From an archaeon (GTDB lineage Archaea > Asgardarchaeota > Thorarchaeia > Thorarchaeales > Thorarchaeaceae), in NCBI GenBank assembly GCA_024275415.1, contig JAJRZD010000114.1, forward strand, positions 30,001 to 62,000: a DNA stretch of 32,000 nt. Reading direction: 5' to 3'. Position 1 is the stretch's first letter. Every line of letters begins with the position of its first letter. Positions 17,710 to 26,320 of the stretch are shown here, piece after piece. The notes under the pieces were generated by a model. That model was not told the origin of the DNA. It saw only the letters and a program-made list of their open reading frames with translations, and did no database searches. The position numbers and the translations under genes are program-made.

Positions 17710-18495
17710 GTGAAGTCCACAAAGGAAGTCCTTCAAGCTGTCAAGACAGGCGAGATATCGATCGATGAAGCTGAGAAGGCGTTGCGAAAACTATCACTTG
17801 CAGAAATCGGTCGGATTGGCATGATGGATCTGAACCGTGAGGAAAGAAGCGGGATCCCAGAGGTCGTCTACGCTGAATCAAAGACCGTTGAACACCTTAT
17901 CCACATAACAAAGGAAGCGGTGGGGATCAAAGACGCAATACTTCTTTCGAGGGTGAGCGCTGACAAGATGAGGACATTGAAGGAAAACCTTACGGATATC
18001 ACATTCGAGGCAGGTGGAGAGGGTGACCATCTGACGGTCATCGCACATAAGGAAGGCTGGTCGCCTCCCGAATCAAAGGGGAAGATTGCCGTCATCACGG
18101 CAGGCACATCAGATATCGCCTATGCAGAAGAAACGGTGGCAATTGCCAAGTTCATGGGTGTGCAAGCACTCACATTCTATGATATCGGGGTTGCTGGTAT
18201 CCATCGGATCATAGAGCCGCTGAATACCATCATTGAAGAGAACGTAGACGCATTGGTCGTCTTTGCAGGAATGGAAGGTGCTCTCCCGACGGTCATTGCC
18301 TCGCTCGTCGATGTTCCAGTCATTGGTGTCCCTGTGCCTGTGGGATATGGACACGGGGGCGGAGGAGAAACAGCTCTGGCATCGATGCTTCAGTCCTGTG
18401 CTCTTGGATTAGCGGTCGTGAACATCGGCAACGGGCTGGGTGCAGGGGCGATTGCTTGCCTGATTGCAAAGAATGCTGCCAGGAAACAAGAATGA
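17710..18495 (+). CDS. larB: Nickel-pincer cofactor biosynthesis protein LarB (PurE-like)
   Basis: PEVVYAESK, AGTSD, DIGVAGIHR, AGMEGALP, VPVGYG and MLQSC motifs. GTG start. Confidence 0.9.
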   Translation: MKSTKEVLQAVKTGEISIDEAEKALRKLSLAEIGRIGMMDLNREERSGIPEVVYAESKTVEHLIHITKEAVGIKDAILLSRVSADKMRTLKENLTDITFEAGGEGDHLTVIAHKEGWSPPESKGKIAVITAGTSDIAYAEETVAIAKFMGVQALTFYDIGVAGIHRIIEPLNTIIEENVDALVVFAGMEGALPTVIASLVDVPVIGVPVPVGYGHGGGGETALASMLQSCALGLAVVNIGNGLGAGAIACLIAKNAARKQE

Positions 18496-18542
18496 TGCAG
18501 TGTGCCAATGTGGTTATTAGGGACTGTCTATGAGATGGCATT

Positions 18543-19742
18543 ATGGATCATGATGCCGATGTGGTGATCGTTGGTGCGGGTCCGAGTGGACTGACTGCCG
18601 CTAGAATGCTGTCTGAAGCCGATGTGGACTATCTCCTTATAGCAAAGGAGTTGACACCATGCGAGGACAAGCCATGCGGCGGATTTGTGCCAGCGAGAGC
18701 CTTGAAAGAGTTCGCAATCTTATCGGTACATGAAGCATATCCGGTCAATGCCATCAGGATGAAGTTCCCCGGGGTGGACATGGTACGGGTGGATTTCGAG
18801 GAGCCAGTCGGAATCAATGCCACCCGTAGAGACCTCGGTATCGCATTGCTCAGGAAAGTGATAGACCACAAAGATAGAATCCAGATGGGGATCAGAGTGG
18901 TTAATGTAGATGTAGGAAAGGAAAAGGTGACTATCAAGGTCACAAAGGAAAACGATGATTATCCCATCACGGCAAGGATGATGATTGACGCAAGCGGAAC
19001 GAACTCGGTTTCATCACGGTGGGGCATCGTCCGTCCAAGGATTTCGAACGATAGGATGGGATATGGATTCCAATACCATCTAAGGAGTCCTGAAGGAAAA
19101 ACCTTCGAAGGAGTCAATGATTTCTATTATGGCCGTGAACATTCACCCGGAGGATATGCATGGGTGTTCCCGCGAGAACGAGAGGTAGTCGTCGGGACAG
19201 GAGGAATTGTGTCCTCTGTTCGGAAAAGTACCAAGCGACTATCTGAATACCTTGACCACTTGATCACTGAGGTCGAACCGACTTGTTCTGAACTGGCAAA
19301 TGCGACTTTGGTCAAACAGGATGCCGCAGTCATGCCTCTTGCGGGGATTGTTGTCCCATCCTATGCAGAACGGGTGCTTCTGGTTGGTGATGCGGCGGGT
19401 CATTGTTCACCGATATCAGGTCAGGGCATTTACTATGGCATGGTTGCAGGGGAGGTAGCAGCTGAGGTCGCAGCGGAAGCGGTTTCCAAATCTGATTTTT
19501 CGTCCAAGACTTTAGTGAGGTACGAGTCGGAATGGAGGAAGAGAATCGGCTCAGACCTCAAATGGGGACTATGGCTTCAAAGACGGCTGACATCACATGG
19601 CTCCTCAAGCATGGGGTCGAGGTTCCTTGGGTCTGAAAGGTCACAACGCATTATCGCCGAGATGCTTCTAGGAATGCGGTCAGTGCGTGGTGCCATGATT
19701 GCGGCTGTACCAAGCTACTTGAGGTCAAAAATAGGTCTCTAA
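18543..19742 (+). CDS. Geranylgeranyl reductase family FAD-dependent oxidoreductase
   Basis: VGAGPSG, KPCGG, GYAWVFP and LVGDAAG..SPISGQGI. Confidence 0.9.
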   Translation: MDHDADVVIVGAGPSGLTAARMLSEADVDYLLIAKELTPCEDKPCGGFVPARALKEFAILSVHEAYPVNAIRMKFPGVDMVRVDFEEPVGINATRRDLGIALLRKVIDHKDRIQMGIRVVNVDVGKEKVTIKVTKENDDYPITARMMIDASGTNSVSSRWGIVRPRISNDRMGYGFQYHLRSPEGKTFEGVNDFYYGREHSPGGYAWVFPREREVVVGTGGIVSSVRKSTKRLSEYLDHLITEVEPTCSELANATLVKQDAAVMPLAGIVVPSYAERVLLVGDAAGHCSPISGQGIYYGMVAGEVAAEVAAEAVSKSDFSSKTLVRYESEWRKRIGSDLKWGLWLQRRLTSHGSSSMGSRFLGSERSQRIIAEMLLGMRSVRGAMIAAVPSYLRSKIGL

Positions 19743-19891
19743 GATTCCATCTCTGATGAGCAACAACTTCTCGTTTGAGTGTTTGATCACGTCATCCTAT
19801 TGCTAATTCAGACCACTTGTCCTGAATTCGCATCCATTCCTACCTGACTGAGCATCTGGGCAGGATACCAAGTGCGTTATCCAATTGGTTG

Positions 19892-20347
19892 CTACCGCCT
19901 AGAATATGCATAGCGCAAAAAGACTTGGAAATCCAAATACATCCGAATTGTCAGATTTTGTATGCTGGCATAGAGGTAGTGATCCCTACAGAAGACCAAG
20001 TCACCATCTGTGAGTACCTTGTATCTAAACGGGAGAGATGCTTCATTTAGAACCTGTACATCGATAGGCAATCCCAGTTCTGCTTCCAGACTAGCAGCGA
20101 AGTCAATGGTAAAGGCATAGGTGGAGTCCTTGTCAGGTTCACGGATATAGACTGCTATGTCAATATCACGGAAGGATGAATCTGTATTGAAACTGCCATG
20201 GATGACACCGAAGATGATTTCCTCTTCTATCGCAAGAAGATCACTTATTTGCTTTCGGAGGTTCTTTCTTTCCTCAGGAGATGCATCATAATACCTGAAT
20301 TCTATAGATGGAGGATACCTATCGTCATTTGAACGCTTATCACTCAT
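19892..20347 (-). CDS. mntA: Minimal nucleotidyltransferase antitoxin (MNT)
   Basis: HGSF...RDIDIAVY and IDVQVLN. ATG 20347 overlaps the HEPN stop. Confidence 0.88.
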   Translation of the reverse strand: MSDKRSNDDRYPPSIEFRYYDASPEERKNLRKQISDLLAIEEEIIFGVIHGSFNTDSSFRDIDIAVYIREPDKDSTYAFTIDFAASLEAELGLPIDVQVLNEASLPFRYKVLTDGDLVFCRDHYLYASIQNLTIRMYLDFQVFLRYAYSRR

Positions 20348-20780
20348 CGCGCTTCGCCTCCTTGTCAAGTATCTTCCTTATTTCCTTGATGAAGTCCAAG
20401 AAATCCTGTCTTCCAGACTTCAGTAACTCGTAGATTTTCTCGTCATCAATCACCCAGTATCTATGGACAAGTATGTTACGTAATCTGCTTGCGGATGCGA
20501 ACTTGTTCCCTAAGGATGTAGAAAGCATTCCCTTTTGGGCCAGTCTACTAAAGCAGCTCGGAAATCCCGCGGGTTTCTCATTGAAGAATACTATCATCAT
20601 GTTGGTACAGATTGTAGCTGCGGCTTCCACAAGTTGGATTATCAGATATCGTAATGCCATATGTTCGGTGGTTCCCAGATCATGAAAGTCACTTTCAATG
20701 ATTGGACTCAATGCGAATAATGAGTCGTTAATATCGCGAATTCGATCTTCAATCAGATCAACGTTAAGATATCTTGACAT
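20340..20780 (-). CDS. hepT: HEPN / DUF86 toxin (HepT-like), intact motif
   Basis: RNILVHRY (RX4HXY). Probable ATG 20780. Confidence 0.9.
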   Translation of the reverse strand: MSRYLNVDLIEDRIRDINDSLFALSPIIESDFHDLGTTEHMALRYLIIQLVEAAATICTNMMIVFFNEKPAGFPSCFSRLAQKGMLSTSLGNKFASASRLRNILVHRYWVIDDEKIYELLKSGRQDFLDFIKEIRKILDKEAKRDE

Positions 20781-21014
20781 ACTATCAGGATAACTTTGTC
20801 GGGAGAGTCCAATAAACATAGTGATTGCTATGAGGACTAAATCGGGGTTTGCGATCTTGACCAATCAGACCGAAAAACGACAGAGAGTCGCTATCGGACT
20901 GGCCATGTTCAAAACGTGCTATTCGATCCCATAAAACGTGACTGCATGTGAACAATTATACAGGTTCCCGATTCAGCTTCCTTGCAATAGCAGAGCTTTG
21001 GAATAGGTTATACC

Positions 21015-22817
21015 ATGAGGACAATACGGCTCCCTGCCACATACATCGATGGGTCTGCAGGACAAATCAAGACTGACATCAAGGACAGTTGCATTGTTAT
21101 TAGTAAGAACAAACGGATAAGGACACTGGACTTGTCGCCCCTTGGCGAGTTGAAAGGACTCGAACAATTATATATCAACAGGAATAGCGACTTGGAAACC
21201 TTAGACCTTTCACCGCTGCGCGAACTGACGAGCCTCCAGTATCTTGAGGTCAGCGAGAACAGGAGTCTGAAACACTTGGACATAGATGGGCTCTCGGGAC
21301 TGTTGCAGCTTGTCATCAGCAGGAATAGTATCTTGGAAACCTTAGGACTGCATCGATTGCCAGGCCTTCTTCATCTTGAGGTCAGCGGGAACAACGCACT
21401 AAATGCCTTAGACTTGTCCTTGTCTAGCGAACTGGTGAGCTTGGTGCAGTTAGACATCTGGGCAAATAACGCATTGGTGTCCCTCCACTTAAGTGACTTG
21501 ACAAGCCTATTGCACCTCTACATTTGGGGGAATGAACGGCTGGCAGACCTGGATATCTACGGGCTGACAAGCTTGCAACACCTGACTATCAGCGAGAATG
21601 ATGCGTTAACAAGTCTTGATCTGTCATCATGGAGAGGATTGGCAGCCCTATACCAGGTAGAGATCGGGTGTAACGAAGGGCTGAATGTCATGGATCTGAG
21701 CGGACTGACAGGGCTACGACAACTGGAAATCAGAGGGCATGAGAAATTGGCAAGCATTGACCTGAGCACGCTCGCTGGACTACAGGATCTAGTCATCAGT
21801 TGGAACGAGGGTTTGAGAGCCCTCGACTTGAGTGCTCTTACAGAGCTGCGGAGGCTGGAGGTCAATGGATGTTATGATGTGAAGGTCATCAGTCTAGATG
21901 GGCTGTCGCACATGCAGAATCTGGGATTCAGGTGGAACACGTTCTTGGAGGAACTGGATCTATCGCCTCTGAGTGACTGTTCTGACCTGCAACACCTAGT
22001 GATCATCTGGAATCAGGCCCTCAAGAGTATCGACCTGACTCCTTTAGCTATCTTGGCAAATCTACAACAGGTGGAGATACATGAGAACTGGAGTCTGCAG
22101 GTTGAATGTTTTCTTTCTCAGAACACCATGCAGGCAATTGCACCTTTTGACTTGGATTCAATGTACCTCACATTTGCATTCACTCCATTCAGGTCTCTTG
22201 GGTTGATAGCCAAATTATTGCCTCTCGTAGAGTCCTATGAGGAAACATGGAAGATGCATCATCTTGTCCAGAAGACCTTAGAACTGCTTGACCTCGGGTG
22301 GCTCGGGATGCTCGATATGGATGTCGAGAACTTTGCGCAGATCATTCTGCAGTGGGAACGACCTGATTTTAGAGATATGGCAAGAGAACGATTCATCACC
22401 CACTGGGTGGCGCAAGTCGAGGATGGTGGTACTACCATCGGGACACTCTTGGAAGAGGTACTGAATGTCACGGGACTTGCAGGTATGACCGACAGAGTGT
22501 TTGCCCTGCGTGACGCCGAAATTCGACAGTTGGTATTGTACAGGGTTGATGATGAGGTCGACCTCCGTCCACTGTGGCTTACGGCATATGGCTTTGACAT
22601 CCTCAGACGTTTCAGGAGTGGCATTTCATCCTCAGAAACCGAGTTCCGACGGATTGCAACGGTCTTGAATGAACTCGGATACAGGTTGGATGTGAAAGAT
22701 GGGAACGATGATAAATCGAGATTCGCGGAGAATATCAGCGAGACCCTGACTGAGTATATTCTCCGACTCGCGGAGGATCGTCGCTCAGCACATGTGAGAG
22801 GCACGATAGCAGAATAA
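21015..22817 (+). CDS. Leucine-rich repeat protein (14 LRRs) with an uncharacterised C-terminal domain
   Basis: Fourteen LxLxxL..LxxLx[IV]xxN units of 22 or 25 aa, followed by a ~230-aa non-repeat region. Confidence 0.92.
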   Translation: MRTIRLPATYIDGSAGQIKTDIKDSCIVISKNKRIRTLDLSPLGELKGLEQLYINRNSDLETLDLSPLRELTSLQYLEVSENRSLKHLDIDGLSGLLQLVISRNSILETLGLHRLPGLLHLEVSGNNALNALDLSLSSELVSLVQLDIWANNALVSLHLSDLTSLLHLYIWGNERLADLDIYGLTSLQHLTISENDALTSLDLSSWRGLAALYQVEIGCNEGLNVMDLSGLTGLRQLEIRGHEKLASIDLSTLAGLQDLVISWNEGLRALDLSALTELRRLEVNGCYDVKVISLDGLSHMQNLGFRWNTFLEELDLSPLSDCSDLQHLVIIWNQALKSIDLTPLAILANLQQVEIHENWSLQVECFLSQNTMQAIAPFDLDSMYLTFAFTPFRSLGLIAKLLPLVESYEETWKMHHLVQKTLELLDLGWLGMLDMDVENFAQIILQWERPDFRDMARERFITHWVAQVEDGGTTIGTLLEEVLNVTGLAGMTDRVFALRDAEIRQLVLYRVDDEVDLRPLWLTAYGFDILRRFRSGISSSETEFRRIATVLNELGYRLDVKDGNDDKSRFAENISETLTEYILRLAEDRRSAHVRGTIAE

Positions 22818-23253
22818 AAACTGCATGAAAGAAGGTCTGATCCTCGCTCGATGTCTGGAACTGTGATTCATTTTGCAGCGATTGATATATCGAAGGATTT
22901 ATATTGTGAGAACCACAATAATATTTCAGGGTGCTGTGAGAATCGCAACATTGGTGCGAGGATTCATAGAAATCCGCAAGTTGTGAAGAAGCGAGGAACA
23001 AAGACCTCCACGAACAACGAACTCCACATTGACATTGGGATCGACAGCAACATCTTCAATGCGAAAATAGGAACTCCTTCTTCACGACCACCACTGAGAA
23101 CCATGATAGCATAAAATCCAAGCCACCTCGAATCCAAGCAACCGTGGATCATGTGGGCGAGTCTGTAACAACAGCAGTCGGGGACCTCTGCTGTTTTGAC
23201 TGGAAACGCAGATTCGCCCCCTCCTCTCTTTCTTCTTGGATCTTGCCATTTGC

Positions 23254-24579
23254 TCACGCTTCGTCGGGCAATGCATTATGGGCAATCTGCTTTGCCATTT
23301 CTTGGATGATAAGGTCGGGGTCTCGAAGTGCATAACCAAGGAGCACCATAGCATTCTCACGCCTCATCGAGTACAGTATGTTGAGCAGTTCCTTTTTCTG
23401 GCTGTGATTCAATATTAAATACAAGCGCGTGAGCATATCAGACTCGATAATGGTATTGCCTGTAAGAATTGCCTTTGCAGCATCTAGGTTGAATGCCTTA
23501 TTAGCAGTCCCGGACAGTCCGCGGATGAGGTCTTCTACGCCCCTGTCACGCTCCTTAGATGGGATGTCATGTGTCCGCTGAAACCTGATTGATCCTCGCG
23601 ATGTAATCAGTGATATGGCACGCGCTGCTTTGATTCTCAAGTTCTGCTCAGTAGACTCGAGGAATGGAGTAAGGTATGCATCGAATCTCGCGTCTCCTTT
23701 CTCACCGAGAATTTCAAGAACACTTGATTGGACTACAGGGCGTTTCAGGCTTAGCAAAGACGCAATCCTGGAAAGATATGCTATTGTGTCGAGAGTCTGA
23801 TATCTACGCAACGACTCCAGTTGAACGCGTTCATCAGGCGAATGGAGGTCATAGAGTATCGCCTGGAGGTTCTGTAGTCCGATCATCTCAGCTGAGAACT
23901 GTATCCTCCGCCTTTGTGTCCTTGGAATCAAACCTCTCCATTGTTCTTCATCCACCTTTACGAGGATATCGTCCTCATCAACGCCAAGATCAGCCAATGC
24001 ATCAGCAATCCTAATCCAAGCAGAAATGCCAACGACATCCGACTGGTTTCGTATTCCCAGTGTAGCAAGCAATTTCCAGCCATAGGAGGTATCGTATAGA
24101 GGACGGATATAGTATTTCTTAGAACCCAAGGAGCTTACAGTGACGGATGGAACACGCACTTCTCCAAACTCTTGCACACGACGCGTTAACAGGTCATGAA
24201 TGAATACAGAATAGGGGCCCTCCGCAAGCTCTTCGATCTCAAGTAGATGTGTCATAAGACACGGATCCCGATCCCGTAGCAGATTCATACAGAAACTCAC
24301 AACCTTGCCCACAGCCTCATCCTGATTACGGGCATGTGCAATGAGTTCCAGTATCTCAAACGCGGACAGCCTGAGTGCTGCATAAATCGGAAATCCATGA
24401 ACGAAGTAGAATATATGGTCGCGAACTGGAAGGGACAGCTCCGGGTTCTTTTCCACTTCATCTTTCAGCATTGATGAAATGTCAGAGAGAGTCCCGTTTC
24501 GCAAGCTGTTTTGCAAGAAGAAACCACTGCTAGAAAAATCGTGCTTTCGAACTGATTCTATAAAATCTGTGGGAGTCAA
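23254..24579 (-). CDS. HEAT-repeat (PBS-lyase-like) protein with an uncharacterised N-terminal domain
   Basis: LHSPDERVQLESL, VQSSVLEILG, LRIKAARAI and ALRDPDLIIQEMA. TTG start with SD-like GAGG. Confidence 0.8.
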   Translation of the reverse strand: MTPTDFIESVRKHDFSSSGFFLQNSLRNGTLSDISSMLKDEVEKNPELSLPVRDHIFYFVHGFPIYAALRLSAFEILELIAHARNQDEAVGKVVSFCMNLLRDRDPCLMTHLLEIEELAEGPYSVFIHDLLTRRVQEFGEVRVPSVTVSSLGSKKYYIRPLYDTSYGWKLLATLGIRNQSDVVGISAWIRIADALADLGVDEDDILVKVDEEQWRGLIPRTQRRRIQFSAEMIGLQNLQAILYDLHSPDERVQLESLRRYQTLDTIAYLSRIASLLSLKRPVVQSSVLEILGEKGDARFDAYLTPFLESTEQNLRIKAARAISLITSRGSIRFQRTHDIPSKERDRGVEDLIRGLSGTANKAFNLDAAKAILTGNTIIESDMLTRLYLILNHSQKKELLNILYSMRRENAMVLLGYALRDPDLIIQEMAKQIAHNALPDEA

Positions 24580-24665
24580 AGGTGCCTCACATGCCTCGGC
24601 AAATAGAAGCGATATCCGCTGTGGGCAAGTGAAGCACCTGTGTTATATCCATACCGAACGAGCAG

Positions 24666-24941
24666 TCACGACCCTACAGAGCCGTCGCGCATCTTATGGA
24701 CAATGAAGCATTTCTGTCGGTATGCCTGCTCCTCGAGCTCATTGATGAAATTCTCGAGTTGTTTCACCCGAGTGAACTCTTCTTCGAGCCCGAGGTCGCG
24801 AACGGTCAGATACGCCTTTTTTTGATCAATGCGGACATAGAGGCCTCCTAGGCCCACATTGTGTTTCATATACACGGGGTCCTCCTGGTTTTTGACCCTG
24901 TAAAATCCTTGTCTCCTAAGCATTCTTGTGAACATCATCAT
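24666..24941 (-). CDS. Small hypothetical protein
   Basis: Compact 91-aa ORF with protein-like composition (YMKHNVGLGGLYVRI) and an upstream TATA box. Confidence 0.7.
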   Translation of the reverse strand: MMMFTRMLRRQGFYRVKNQEDPVYMKHNVGLGGLYVRIDQKKAYLTVRDLGLEEEFTRVKQLENFINELEEQAYRQKCFIVHKMRDGSVGS

Positions 24942-24977
24942 TTTTTGTCAAGCCCTCCCGGCGGTCAAGACATGATG

Positions 24978-25245
24978 GTACACGTTTACTTCTATATAAA
25001 ATATCCCCTAGAGTTGTGTAAACGTTTGATTAAAATCGAGGGCATTGTATTGAGATAATAGTAATATTATTGATAAAAAAGGTGATTTTGTGCAGTCATT
25101 ATATAAGTACTATTACACATCACAGCCATATCGTCTTTTGTAATTCCACATGATATGACGAGGCGCCAAATACGTTTACTCGTTTTCGGTGAATAGTACC
25201 CATTGTTTATCCACGCGTTTACTAAATGGAAGTGCCAACGTGTAC
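24978..25245. promoter_or_regulatory. Second cluster of five GTAMACGTKTAC-like sites
   Basis: GTACACGTTTAC at 24978, GTAAACGTTTGA at 25018, ACGTTTAC at 25172, GCGTTTAC at 25215 and ACGTGTAC at 25238. Confidence 0.6.
24993..25000 (-). promoter_or_regulatory. TATA box (TTTATATA) of the 24941 gene
   Basis: About 52 bp upstream of the start on the minus strand. Confidence 0.5.
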
Positions 25246-25390
25246 AGACAAGAATATTCAGATCCCTAATCCCGGGTTATGTTATGTTATGTAATGGGAT
25301 TCCAAGGTGAGTAGGAGTAGACGACCAAGAAGGTGCAGTGGCAAGCCTTAAAATCCCTATAACATCCTCCAGAGAACAGGGAAAAAACAA

Positions 25391-25939
25391 ATGCAAGACA
25401 TCTTCGCCGATATCATCAATTCCATAGCCACTTTGTTGGATCCAGTGGCATCAATGCCGAATTCAGCGTGGTTCATTGTTCTCGTCAGTGTTTCGCTCGC
25501 ACTGGTTTCAATCATAGCAACAAAGCTGCTCACTGATGTCGAAGAGATGAAAGAAAACATGGAACGGATAAAGGAATGGCAGGCGAAAGCGAATGAGGCT
25601 AGGAAGTCCCAAGATCCGAGGCTCCTTCAGGAAGTCATGGACAGTCAGTCGCAAATCATGTCACTTCAAGGAAAGATGATGAGCGCACGATGCAAGCCAA
25701 TGCTCATTTACTACATCCCCTTCCTGCTCATCTTCGCTGTTCTGGCAGCAGTCTACGGTAACACTGCTGTGGCAATCCTTCCGTTCAATGCACAAGATGC
25801 TCTCCCGTTCCTTGATGGTTGGATGGGATATAATGTGCCCGGAGCAGGATTTGGCATGACCTACTTCTGGTGGTATTTGCTCTCAAGCCTAGGACTCGGA
25901 AATCTGATCAGGAAAGCCGCGGGCCTCCAGATTATGTAA
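25391..25939 (+). CDS. DUF106 / EMC3-TMCO1 family (Oxa1 superfamily) membrane insertase
   Basis: TM1, then a cytoplasmic coiled coil (EEMKENMERIKEWQ), KPM + TM2, LPF, and WWYLLSS...RK TM3. Confidence 0.88.
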   Translation: MQDIFADIINSIATLLDPVASMPNSAWFIVLVSVSLALVSIIATKLLTDVEEMKENMERIKEWQAKANEARKSQDPRLLQEVMDSQSQIMSLQGKMMSARCKPMLIYYIPFLLIFAVLAAVYGNTAVAILPFNAQDALPFLDGWMGYNVPGAGFGMTYFWWYLLSSLGLGNLIRKAAGLQIM

Positions 25940-26320
25940 ATTACTACAAACTGTGAATACAGACCTATCTGAACCTGTACGAATAGAGTATGTCATCACA
26001 TTGTTTGTGAAAAGACGACACAACAGGTTCGGCCCCCGTGAGGTGGACGGAGTTTCATACCGCCTGTGACACCCAGTATCCTCCTAGTAGACACATAGAG
26101 TTCCGAGTTACCATCCTCTCAAGGTCAAGAATGACACACACCAAAAGGTTTCTCCATCGTCACGATTCTGATTAACATACCGTATCAGGTTTACAGAATC
26201 TTTAGTTTCTGCAAGCAACGGTGTGGAATATCACGTTCACTCTTCATTTGAAAGATTGCAATATGAATTGAGAACAGGATGTTGGTAAGCTTTATAACCT
26301 TAACAAATACTATCGGGGTT

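Noticed and set aside
20911-20940. AAAACGTG twice (22 bp apart) as a third GTAMACGTKTAC cluster
   Set aside because: Only ~7 of 12 positions match. It may be a separate operator for TA pair 2 but cannot be assigned.
22964-23257. 97-aa ORF (or frameshifted gene) downstream of the HEAT gene
   Set aside because: It has a GTGA overlap and a CCC/H/C patch, but three overlapping frames look equally weak and no motif is recognisable. A homology search is needed.
25276-25295. (GTTAT)3 microsatellite upstream of DUF106
   Set aside because: Too short to support phase variation without read data.
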